Shown: positions 11,813 through 22,117, numbered from the whole stretch's first letter. The stretch is 56,541 nt of DNA, filler included, from Squatina squatina (GCA_031763465.1; 3 parts of 3 records of this genome joined end to end with filler, not necessarily neighbours in it), one strand, 5' to 3'. A program made the numbers and translations. The notes: a model not told the origin generated them from the sequence alone.

Positions 11813-12448
11813 AAGAAGGATGAAGCTCCCTTTCTACATTCTGCAGTGCTCTTGATGTACAATGATCCGCCAATATCAGAAGTGAAGGAAGATTTGCTGC
11901 CAAAAAATGACAAAAGCTCAATCCAGAATGTGCATGGAATATTTAAACAACATATAGACCAAACAGTTTTTGAGAACTCAATTCTGGATACTCCAGAAAC
12001 TCATAATTCTGATCTGCCTCAACAAAATGAAGACCCAGAAACCATCGGCTATAAGCCTCAAATCTCCAGCAGGTGCCAGATGGTGGATTTATCACATCAT
12101 GGTGACCAATCAATTCAAAAGGATGTAAATAATCAAGCTAAAGAACACAAAGGGTTCAGCACTCCAGTTTTTGACAGGATAGTCGATTTTTCCACTACTG
12201 GCGTAATCCCAGATATGAATGCAGATTTGATGTCAAGCCATAGTGGGGCACAAGACAATGTGAAGTGTATCCTTAAGAAGGAAAACGCTCAGTTCCCAGT
12301 CGATGAGCATCACAGAATATATGTGACAGGAGATCTATTTCAAGAACAAACTCTACTACCGGATGAACTTGTTGATCGTTTACTGCACTCAGAAGAAGAC
12401 TCCATTGATATAAACTCTTTCTTCACCCAGATTGTGGCTATTCAGTGA
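11813..12448 (+). CDS. IL23R: IL23R last exon (cytoplasmic tail)
   Basis: ccattgtag| then an open frame to TGA. Contains IL23R-diagnostic motifs DPPISEVKE, GYKPQIS, EQTLLPDE and INSFFTQI (recalled human DPMITEIKE, GYKPQIS, EQTLLPDE, INTYFPQN). Confidence 0.88.
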   Translation, partial: KKDEAPFLHSAVLLMYNDPPISEVKEDLLPKNDKSSIQNVHGIFKQHIDQTVFENSILDTPETHNSDLPQQNEDPETIGYKPQISSRCQMVDLSHHGDQSIQKDVNNQAKEHKGFSTPVFDRIVDFSTTGVIPDMNADLMSSHSGAQDNVKCILKKENAQFPVDEHHRIYVTGDLFQEQTLLPDELVDRLLHSEEDSIDINSFFTQIVAIQ

Positions 12449-12879
12449 CACTGCTTTAGCAGTCGCCAAAATCTGTTTCTTNNNNNNNNNNNNNNNNNNN
12501 NNNNNNNNNNNNNNNNNNNNNNNNNNNNNNNNNNNNNNNNNNNNNNNNNNNNNNNNNNNNNNNNNNNNNNNNNNNNNNNNNAGACTCTTGTGGTGCAGTA
12601 AACACGAGCACAGCCCACCATGGCCTGATCAGCAGAGAAAGATAGACCAGTCGGGCCGAATGGCCTGTCTCTGTGCTGCCAAGTTGACGTATTTCTATGA
12701 AACACATAACACTGAAACATCTAACGCCCCCCATTACTAATCGAATCCAAAACACTTTTCTTCCAACCCCAGGAACTGCTCGGAAAGCAGGTTTCCATTT
12801 CAAGCACGCTGCACCAAAAAGTCCAGACGAGACAGAATGCAGTCAAAGGTTTTTTTTTGATGACTCTGTGTGAGAAGGA

Positions 12880-13137
12880 TCACACGTTTGAAAGGTGCGA
12901 AAGCGTGTGGTTAGAGCTCGGCTTTTAAATAGAAACACAGGAGCATAGCTCGGTGGAGCAAAACTCAAGTGTGGTTTTTTTTTGTTCCCCAGACTTTAAG
13001 GAGATGACTAAGAAAGTCAGCCTCTTAACGCCGCTTGTGTGCAGTGCCTCGGGTAGTTTATTTCAACTAGTGAATTCCGGGAAAGTGTTGACACGTGGAG
13101 AATGAACTGCAATCCCGGATTGATATGAACGGTGAGT
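12880..13137 (+). promoter_or_regulatory. Candidate lymphocyte promoter / non-coding first exon, possibly of IL12RB2
   Basis: GAS site TTCCGGGAA 13075-13083, RUNX sites TGTGGTT 12906-12912 and 12970-12976, T-box-like half sites 12880-12887 and 12893-12900, donor G|GTGAGT at 13132. Lies just downstream of IL23R. Confidence 0.35.
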
Positions 13138-13942
13138 GATCTCGTTTACCTCTGCAGTGTGATTCGGTTGTTTTAATGTAATGTTTCATTTCGAGCGGAG
13201 ACACTGTCGGAGCGGCGGGGTGAACATGTATCTGTGGGGAACATCAATGAAGTGTCGCCGTGGGCTGGAGGTCTGTCGCGAAAGATCGCCTGTGTTTATA
13301 GCGGAGTATAAATCCTTGCAACTGATGTGAAATCNNNNNNNNNNNNNNNNNNNNNNNNNNNNNNNNNNNNNNNNNNNNNNNNNNNNNNNNNNNNNNNNNN
13401 NNNNNNNNNNNNNNNNNNNNNNNNNNNNNNNNNNATCTCTGTACAGATCTCGACCAATGCAGTAACTGCACACATTCCAAAGTTTGAAAACCTCAAGTCC
13501 AGTTTTGCTTGTAAGCTGCATTGCAACACTGAATATTTGATTTGTGGAATTGATATTAAAGCTGGCAGTAAGTGGTGTTTTTAATTTTATTGATTGAATT
13601 GAATGTACAATGTTATGACTACTAAATTTTGAAACCTTCTCAGTTTTTGGATAATTGTTATAATTATGGCAACTATCCATCTTGCAAGACAATGGTGTAA
13701 ATGGCAAAATGTTCAGTTAATTTGCCATCTGCAATATCGAGCGGCTGAAGATTTCAATTCTCGAGCGACAGTCCTTGCCTCAGATGGTGCCGGTGTAAAT
13801 CACAGGGCCAGGTGATGAATCTTGATGGACTTTCCTCTTTGCTTTTTTCTCTTTCCCCCCCCTCTCTCTCTCAGGCTTCTCTCTGCACTCCTTGGCTCCC
13901 TGATGCAGCACCAAAGGACCTTTTGCACAATTGTTGTGACTG

Positions 13943-14042
13943 NNNNNNNNNNNNNNNNNNNNNNNNNNNNNNNNNNNNNNNNNNNNTTAATTAATTAANN
14001 NNNNNNNNNNNNNNNNNNNNNNNNNNNNNNNNNNNNNNNNNN
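13943..14042. other. Artificial scaffold linker N44-TTAATTAATTAA-N44
   Basis: Six-frame stop oligo centred in a 100-nt spacer; the syntenic block changes across it. Confidence 0.95.
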
Positions 14043-15785
14043 AGATGCAGATAAGGACGGCAGTTTTCCTTCCCTAAAGGACATTAGTGAACCAGATGGG
14101 TTTTTATGACAATCCAGTAGTTTTATGGTAATCATTACTGATTATTCCAGATTTATTTAATTTAAATTACCCCAGCTGCTGTGGTGGGATTAGAACTAAT
14201 ATTAGTAGAAGAATATCTCTGTAAAATTGAAGAGTGCATCACTGACAGAGAGATAGAGGGCGAAAGGTTAAAGAAAATAAGATTGTATGGCTATTCTAGC
14301 CAAATACAGGCAAAGTATAAGTGTATGACTTGGATTTTCCATGAGATCAAGCAAGGTGAGATTTAAGCCAGCTTTACCAGCACGGAAGGTGAAGTTACCC
14401 AGGATAGGAGGATGCAGGAGGAATGGATAGCATGTCTACAGATTGAAGTTCAACACTCTGATGTTTCAGAAGGTTAACACCATCTTCCCAGCGGAAGATA
14501 AGGCAACCCATTTCAGCCCTGCCAGCTCAGAAGCACAAGGTTATATAAATTGCGGAAATATTACGATGGACAAGCATATCGGAGTAGAGTTTCCGCTTTA
14601 GGCGCAATTGGGGAATTGCACCCAAAATGCGCTTGCAATTGCACTGGTTAGTTTCCAGTTCAAATTGCTGCTAAAATTCATTTGCATAATCACAAACATA
14701 AAGGGCGCCCAATTGGCATTTTTATAGCTGGTGGCTATATGGGGCCAATAGGTGTAATAGAGCTGTCCCTTTAAGTCAGGGCATTGGCATCTTAGAAAAT
14801 GTCTTGCCATCACAAAACAAAACTTATGTTCAAANNNNNNNNNNNNNNNNNNNNNNNNNNNNNNNNNNNNNNNNNNNNNNNNNNNNNNNNNNNNNNNNNN
14901 NNNNNNNNNNNNNNNNNNNNNNNNNNNNNNNNNNCAGGGGAGTTATCTTTTACTAGCACATGACAGTAACATTTCAGTAAGTCAACAAAAATATGCAGAA
15001 AAATTATGTAGAATGCAGAGTTCTTGAGACACTGGACTCACAAGATACCCAGCCCCAGAGAGATTGAAATCAGATGGTCTTTCAGCATCCACCCACTTTC
15101 ACTGGGTCCGTAGACCCCAATCCAAATGCATGGCTAAAGATTTTGGTAGTGCAGTGCTGAATTTAAAATATGTTAATTTTCAATTATGCTCATGAGTAGG
15201 TTTTGGTAATTATGTCCCACCTGCAAACAGCTTGCCAACGCCTTGATCACACCTTGCACCAGGAGCTGACTCCGAACGGCTTCATTCTCCGCTGCCAGGT
15301 TCCCCAGTACATATAGACACAGCTCCTGCAACAAACCATTTCCCAAAAATTAAAGGGCTTCATATTATCAAAGCCCAACAATGCGAACACACTTGGCAAA
15401 CGGCAGCTCAGAGACCGATGAATAATTTTGTTATTCGAGGGTTCACTTGGTAAGTTCAATCCCTGGTGTGGTACTGAGCCACTCATCAGGGTGCCGCGCT
15501 CAAGCAGTGGTCACATACCACACCATGAAATATCAGGGAGTAGATGAACCCGGGTTGAGGATGTTTATGAGGCAGTGTGGGGTTCAACTGGCCATGCGGG
15601 GAACAGTAATTGAGGCAATTGGTACTTAGGAATATTAGTAGTAGGCCATTCAGCCTGGATTATGTGCTCTGGAGCGGGGGCTTGAACCCACGACCTCTGA
15701 CTCGAAGACAAGAGCGCTACCCACTGAGTAGCTGACGCCTAAAAACAGCGTTTTACAGAATTCTGTGCAACAATCGCACGCTTAC

Positions 15786-15957
15786 CGTGAACTTTGCACT
15801 CTGGCCCGAGAGGTACGTCAGGAGGTAGGGTGTTGCTGGCAAACACACAAGCGAGATGCTGGGGTCGTCTGCGTGGGAGAGTTGGAGCAAACACTGCGTG
15901 GCCTCAAGCTGGACCGATGTCAGGTTGCTGGTGAAGAGGCCGATGAGGACGTGTATA
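15786..15957 (-). CDS. TMCO6: TMCO6 internal exon (ARM-repeat-like region)
   Basis: aaacag|...|gtaagc; encodes IHVLIGLFTSNLTSVQLEATQCLLQLSHADDPSISLVCLPATPYLLTYLSGQSAKFT versus recalled human LVGLLTSN...QLEAARCLHELSH...CLPATSYLLTYLS. Downstream of and co-oriented with SLC35A4 as in human. Not in the ORF track. Confidence 0.88.
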
Positions 15958-16119
15958 CTGTTTTCAAACCTACACCGATGAAAAATGCAAAACAGAGCTG
16001 GTCACTTTCACAGAACCTTTGGTTTTATCTGGCTAACAGACTATGCGGTCTTTCTCTGATTATCCGTGTGGATTTTGTGCCTGTTATGTGAGGGATGTGA
16101 AAAGAAAAACAAAAAAACC

Positions 16120-16500
16120 CTTGCATTTCTATAGCGCCTTTCACGACCTCAGGACATCCCAAAGCACTTTACAGCCAATGAAGTATTTTGCAGTGTAGTC
16201 ACTCTTATAATGTGGGAAATGCAGCAGCCAATTTGCGTACAGCAAGCTCCCACATACAGCAATGTGATAATGACCAGATAAACTGTTTTTGTTATGTTGA
16301 TTGCGGGGATAAATATTGGCCAGGACCTCTTCGAAGTAGTGCCACAGAATGTTTTACATCTACCTGAAAGAGAAGACCGGGTCTTGGTTGACTGTCTCAT
16401 CTGAAAGACGGCACCTCCAACAGTGCAGCACTCCCTCAGCACTGCACTGGGGTGTCAGCCTGGATTTTTGTGCTCAAGTCGCTGAAGTGGGACTTGGACT
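16120..16500 (-). mobile_element. Deu-domain SINE (SacSINE1-like)
   Basis: Reverse complement contains ctgacac.ccagtgcagtgctgagggagtgctgcactgttggaggtgccgtctttc and an L2-like tail; near-identical to 31213-31585 and 41490-41940. Confidence 0.75.
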
Positions 16501-17292
16501 TGAAATGTAGGGGAAAATAATCTAGTCCTGGGATAATTTCAGGTTTCAGTTGCGCAGACAGTAGAACTCACCAGGTAACACAGTGGTTAGATAACTTCCA
16601 CATAGATGTACTTTACAGCAGGAGTCACCGAACAGCAATCAGGAGTGGGAACGCCATGCGCATACATGTCAGGGGCAGGATTTCCTGAGCTGCTACTCTT
16701 AAAGGACAGGGAGGTGGAACAGTTCCATTGAATGAGGCTGCTTTAAAGATGATATTACAGGAGGACCAACAAAGAAGGTTGGTGCGTCGAGTGAAGAGCA
16801 CAGCCAGAGCGGGGTTGACGACATTGGTGGAGAGGGTCAGTTGTCCACAGAACCTGGGAGGAGGCCAGAAAGAAATTTGTTGTTCTCAGGAATGCTGCCA
16901 AAATAAAGGCTGCTCCAAATTCTTACACTGCTTCTTGCCACACTTCACTGTTGACTCGTTGCTGTATTGCCAGGGGACAATGTACAGCACTCTGCCAAAT
17001 GCTTGTGCACTTTTCAAATGCTCTAGCACTGTTTGTTATGGGTGTTCAACACCTGAAGCTTATTACAAGAACTCTGGATGCATTATAAAGTCATGCCNNN
17101 NNNNNNNNNNNNNNNNNNNNNNNNNNNNNNNNNNNNNNNNNNNNNNNNNNNNNNNNNNNNNNNNNNNNNNNNNNNNNNNNNNNNNNNNNNNNNNNNNTGG
17201 TAACAGGCTCATGTTGGGGTCTATGGGCCTTCTCCTGTTCCGATATTCTGTGACCTCAACTCAAACAAAATGTACAAACTCATTAGTCAGTA

Positions 17293-18291
17293 TTACCTAA
17301 CTCGATAGTACAGGTGAATGGCGATGCAGATCAACCCCACTGCTAGAAGGAATAAGGGGGTGAGCTGGAGGTCGAACAGAAGGATGGAGAGGGCCGCATT
17401 AACCAACATAGAGCAGGAAATCACAAAAAGCCTGGTGATGTTGTTGTCATACTTCATGACAACAGACATCAATAGCCCGTTCAGGGCTTGGGTGGCAATG
17501 ATCACGGCCACCCAAGGCGAGTAGCCCTCGAAGAAGCTGGCGGCAACGGCAGGGGTGATGGCCGTGTGCGCAGCAAGATTGACGACGACCCCAAATGCGT
17601 ACAGGAACAGGTTCTGCAGGCTAAGGGGCAGCGGCCCGGACTTGAGCGCGCGCTCGGTGTACACGGCGGAGAGGCCGGAGATCGAGCAGTAGGCAGCGAT
17701 GGCGGCCACGCCCAGCGGCGTGATGTACAGGTGGGCGTGCGCCGCTGGCTCCTCCTCCTGGCGCATGGCCCCGGCGTGGCAGGCCCCAGCCGCCATCAGT
17801 AGGAAAAGGGCCAGCCACTTGCGCGCAGGCAGCCGCCGGCGCAAGAGGAGGCTGTAGAAGGCAGCGGTGGTGGCGATCTTGAGGTTGCTCAGCACCTGGA
17901 ACGTCACCGGGTCCATGAGCTGCTGCATGTGGACCACCAGGTTGTTGTTGGTGGCGTAAAGGACAGCAGGGACGGCGAACGGGAGGGCCGCGCGGAAGGA
18001 GACGGCGTTGCCGCAACGGACGAGCGAGCTGCAGCCTCGAGCGAGGAGCAGGGCGGAAGACGCGGAGAGTTTTGCCAGCTCGATCAGCACTACGACGGAG
18101 GAGGAGCTGAAGGGGACCCGGCCGCCCACCTTGCACAGGGTGATCAAGGGGGCGTGCGAGCCGTACGCGAGCACCGAAAGCAGCAGCAGGAACCCCCAGC
18201 CCAACCGGCCCCTCATCCGGCCCTTCGCAAGCGGCAAGCCGAGAGTACCAGAATCTTCGACAGCGTCCATTCCTTTTTCAAAGAGGCTCAT
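17293..18291 (-). CDS. SLC35A4: SLC35A4 nucleotide-sugar transporter family protein, complete single-exon ORF (332 aa)
   Basis: YGSHAPLITLCKVGGRVPF, YATNNNLVV.MQ..MDP.TFQVLSNLKI, LPLSLQNLFLYAFG, TRLFVISCS; about 10 hydrophobic segments; intronless. The second ATG (18270, MDAVEDSG) has better Kozak context and aligns with the human start. Confidence 0.96.
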   Translation of the reverse strand: MSLFEKGMDAVEDSGTLGLPLAKGRMRGRLGWGFLLLLSVLAYGSHAPLITLCKVGGRVPFSSSSVVVLIELAKLSASSALLLARGCSSLVRCGNAVSFRAALPFAVPAVLYATNNNLVVHMQQLMDPVTFQVLSNLKIATTAAFYSLLLRRRLPARKWLALFLLMAAGACHAGAMRQEEEPAAHAHLYITPLGVAAIAAYCSISGLSAVYTERALKSGPLPLSLQNLFLYAFGVVVNLAAHTAITPAVAASFFEGYSPWVAVIIATQALNGLLMSVVMKYDNNITRLFVISCSMLVNAALSILLFDLQLTPLFLLAVGLICIAIHLYYRVR

Positions 18292-18647
18292 GGAAACTTA
18301 ATTCAGAAGAAGTAAGCAACGACGGATTTCAAAAATTAGGTGCAAGGCCAGGAAACGTGTGTGTGGGGGGGGAGGGGGGGGGGTGTGGGTGTGGGTGAAG
18401 ACAGGACAAAAGTTTCTATGTAAAAGCAAGCAGGCAATTGTGCGTTCGGAAGCACCTGTCTTTCAGTCAGATTCATTGAAAGCTTCAAGCTACAGCCAGT
18501 CAAGTTTCAGCAGTCATATACACCAATAATATCGAAGGTCGGTAGCGCACCAAGCTCGCGTCAGATTGCCTTGCAGTTCCCCCTCCCGTGCACTCGGGGG
18601 TGGGGCGTGGAAGAGACAACTGGCTCTTAGTGGTGGGGAGGTGCTCC

Positions 18648-18845
18648 TTATTTTGGTCCGTTCTTCATGGAGCTCAGGTAGTCCTTGACCATGTTTTCTA
18701 TGTTGGGGACAGTGAAGTTCTGGGCCGCGTAGATCCCGGTGGCGGTGCCCACCAGCACGCCCAGGACGGCAGAGGCTCGCAGCTTGGCCACCACGTATCC
18801 CGCAAGGAACCCCTTCAGGAACGGAGAACCCAACAGGGAGCCACC
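18648..18845 (-). CDS. SLC35A4 upstream-ORF microprotein (SLC35A4-MP / AltSLC35A4), C-terminal 65 aa
   Basis: Acceptor ctcctgttccag|; encodes GGSLLGSPFLKGFLAGYVVAKLRASAVLGVLVGTATGIYAAQNFTVPNIENMVKDYLSSMKNGPK*, near-identical to recalled human DGSLLSSPFLKGFLAGYVVAKLRASAVLG..VGT.TGIYAAQ...VPN.E....DYL....KGP. The N-terminal exon(s) are not present in the window. Confidence 0.93.
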   Translation of the reverse strand, partial: GGSLLGSPFLKGFLAGYVVAKLRASAVLGVLVGTATGIYAAQNFTVPNIENMVKDYLSSMKNGPK

Positions 18846-18974
18846 CTGGAACAGGAGCAAATTCAAATCAGGTTTAGCACTTTGCTGATGCCTAGTCTTA
18901 CATTTGACCCCGAGTCGAGCTTCTGACCACATAGCCACTCCATCACCAAGACCACTTACTTCCACCTCCGTAAC

Positions 18975-19710
18975 ATAACCCAACTCTGCCTCTGCATCAG
19001 CTGATCTGCTGCTGAAACCTCGTCCGTGCCTTTGCTAATTCTAGACTTGACTATTCCAATATACTCCAAGACAGGCTCCTATCTTCCTCTCTCAATAAAT
19101 TTGAGCTCATCCAAACGTCTACTGCCCATATCCTAACTCGCACCATATCCCATTCACCCATCACCCGTGTTCTCACTCACCTACATTGGCTACCAATCCG
19201 GCAACAACTCAATTTTCAATAATAAAAACAGAAAATGGTGGAAATACTTAGCTGGTCAGGAAGCATCTGTGAAGCGAGAAACAGATTTAACGTTTCAGGT
19301 CATAGAAATCATAGTGTCAGAAATTTAGAGCACAGAAGGAGGCCATTTGGTCCATCATGTCCATGGTGGCCGGGAAAAAGCTATCCAGCCTATTCCGATT
19401 TCCCTGCTCCTGGTCTGTAGCCTTGTAGGTTATGGCATTTCAAGTGCATATCCAATTACTTTTTAAATGCTCTGAGGATTTCTGCCTCTACCACCCTTTC
19501 AGACAGTGACTTTTAGATAGCCACCAATATGTGGCTGAAAGAAATTCCCTTCTGATCCCCTCTAAACCTCCAGCCTCTTAATTTAAATCTGTACCATCTG
19601 GTTATTGAATATTCTGCTGCGTTGAATAGGCCCTTCCTAACCACACTCTCTCAGCCCCTCAAAGTTATGCCTCAATTAGGTCTGCCCTCAGCCTCCTGTG
19701 TTCCAAACAA
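18975..19710. mobile_element. Nested repeat cluster (L2 fragment, Penelope-type end, CR1-type 3' end)
   Basis: L2 motif VRAFANSRLDYSN at about 19020; aacgtttcaggtc end matching 24446-24458; agaaggaggccatttgg CR1-type tail at about 19335. Confidence 0.6.
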
Positions 19711-19794
19711 AAAAGGATAGGATTTAAATGGGAAAATCATCAATAGCTGCCATGTGAAAGTGAAAATAAATACAGAAGAAAATACGGTCTGAAA

Positions 19795-20140
19795 TTGTTG
19801 AACTGGATGTTGAGTCAAGAAGGTTGTAAAGTGCATAAACAAAATATGAGGTGCTGTTCCTCGAGCTTACTTGGAACAGTGTCTGAGGATGGAGAGATCA
19901 GAGTGGGACTGGAGCGGAGAATTAAATTTACTGCCGACCTGAAGTTCGGGGTCACGCTTACGGACCGAACGGAGGTGTTCTGGAAAGCGGTCACCCAATC
20001 TGCATTTGATCTCCCAAATGTAAAGGAGACCACATCGTGAGCAGCGAATACAGTGCACTGAATTGAAAGAAGTACAGGTATCGCTGTTTCACCTGGAAGG
20101 CGTGTTTGGAGCTCGGCACAGTGGGAAGGGAGGAGGTAGA
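19795..20140 (-). mobile_element. Penelope-like element, GIY-YIG endonuclease remnant
   Basis: CIRCSRCGLLYI.E.K.RLGDRF.EHLRSV...FNS..HS.SDLSIL...KLEEQHLIF.L.TLQP, with frameshifts. Confidence 0.85.
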
Positions 20141-20596
20141 AATAAATGATCTCTTGTTCAAAATAAATTAAAAGACACTTTAATTCAGCATTAGNNNNNN
20201 NNNNNNNNNNNNNNNNNNNNNNNNNNNNNNNNNNNNNNNNNNNNNNNNNNNNNNNNNNNNNNNNNNNNNNNNNNNNNNNNNNNNNNNNNNNNNNGTAGTG
20301 GTGTGGGTGTCTGCCAATCCTGTGTGAATGAGCTGCCAACCCGTCATACCCCACATACTCCAATAGGGTCAGCAATGGAGGGTCGCAGTGGGCACAATCC
20401 CAGCATAAGAGTCTGGATGGGATTTTGGGTCCCTAAACGATAGATAGACAGAATATAGGTAGACAGGCAGAATATAGACTGACAGACTATTGATTGACAG
20501 ACAGACATCAGATGGAACGACACAAGGTTTTCTGTGGCTAGGGGATGTTTGCTAGGTGTGTTCACTGTTGAATCTGTTTCTTTCCACCGCGGATAG

Positions 20597-20711
20597 AGAT
20601 TTTGCCTATGTAGCGAGTGACAAGGACACGTGCATGCTGAAGTGCCACGTCTTCCACTGCAACACGCCTGCAAAAGCCATCGCCACTGCCCTTCATCAGA
20701 TGTGCTCCCAG
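20597..20711 (+). CDS. APBB3: APBB3 (FE65L2) PTB1-domain exon
   Basis: Encodes (R)[47 protein letters not shown] matches APBB3 better than APBB1/2, and the divergent orientation to SLC35A4 matches human. Donor is CAG|GCAAGT. Confidence 0.85.
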
Positions 20712-20950
20712 GCAAGTCCTCTTCATTACTTGGCAAGCTAATCTATGGCCAGGCTCTGTTCTATTTCACCTCACAACGACTGCACCTTTCTTTTGTTCCC
20801 GCACAGGGTGTGGCACGCACAAGGCATTTATTGTCCATCCTGAAAGAAAANNNNNNNNNNNNNNNNNNNNNNNNNNNNNNNNNNNNNNNNNNNNNNNNNN
20901 NNNNNNNNNNNNNNNNNNNNNNNNNNNNNNNNNNNNNNNNNNNNNNNNNN

Positions 20951-22017
20951 CAATCTCCTTCTCGGGCTCGAGGATGACTTGCTTCCACTCCAGAGTTGTG
21001 GGTTCTGAGGTGACTAAATAGTCCGATATGGGATCCGCAAATTCTCCCACAGGTGGGGCAGGTGGTATTTGATGGGGCAAAAGGATGGGATGCTCGGGTT
21101 TCCACACACTCCTTCCACTGCCTGCGCTTGGCCTCCACGTGCTCCCACCAGAGAAGCTCCCAGCGGTTGGCTCCTTCATGGAAGCTTCTCCTCCAGTTCA
21201 GGCGGTCTTGGGTCAGAGATTCCCATGAGTCCATGGGGATATTACATATTTTTGTAGAGGTTTTGAGGATGTTCTTGAAGCACTTCCTCTGCCCTCCTGG
21301 AGGTTGCTTGCCTTGACGAAGCTCGGAGTAGAGTGCTTGTTTCGGGAGTCTTGAGTCAGGCATGCGGACGATGTGGCCCGGCCAATGCAGCTGGTTGAGT
21401 GTGCCCTGTGCCTCGATGCTGGAGAATTTGGCCTGAGAGAGGACGCTGATATTGTTATGCCTATCCTGCCAGTGGATTTGCAGGAGTTTGCGGAGGCAGT
21501 GTTGGTGGTATTTCTCCAGTGCTTTGAGGTACCTACTGTACATTGACCATGTCTGCGATGCTTACAGGAGGGCGGGTATCACTGCTGCCCTGTAGACTAC
21601 GAGCTTGGTGCCGGGTTTGAGGTCTTTATCTTCAAACACTCTCTTCCTCAAGCGGCAAAAGGCTGTGCTGGCACAAGTGTTGGATTTCGTCATCTATGCT
21701 TGCCCTCACTGAAAGGAGGCTCCCAAGGAATGGGAAATGATCCACGTTGCCCAGGAGCTCGCTGTGGATCTTGATAGTCAGGGGCCAGTGTTGTGCGGCT
21801 GGTCCAGGCTGGTGTAGGACCTTTGTCTTGTGGATGTTTAGTGAGAGGCCCATTCTCTCATATGCCTCAGTGAATAAATCGATGATGGATTGGAGCTCAG
21901 CCTCCAAGTGTGCGCACAGCCAAGCATCAGCTGCGTACTGCAGCTCGATGATGGAGGTTGGGATGATCTTGGTTCTGGACTGGAAGTAGGCGGAGGTTGA
22001 AGAGTTTCCCACTCATC
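20951..22017 (-). mobile_element. RTE-clade LINE, 3' portion
   Basis: ELQYAAD.. (RT YADD region), GLSLNIHKTKV, QLHW.GHIVRMPDSRLPKQ.LY.EL..G....GGQ.K.FK..LK and a terminal C2H2 finger CPTCGR...IGLFSHLRTH; frameshifted. Confidence 0.9.
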
Positions 22018-22117
22018 NNNNNNNNNNNNNNNNNNNNNNNNNNNNNNNNNNNNNNNNNNNNNNNNNNNNNNNNNNNNNNNNNNNNNNNNNNNNNNNNNNN
22101 NNNNNNNNNNNNNNNNN

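Noticed and set aside
17318-18315. Antisense and alternative-frame ORFs over SLC35A4 (likewise over ARSI and WNT16)
   Set aside because: Expected shadows of GC-rich coding sequence; no recognisable products.
18846-18983. N-terminal 46 aa of the 111-aa ORF in the track
   Set aside because: Intron/L2 sequence upstream of a clear acceptor, with a non-ATG start.
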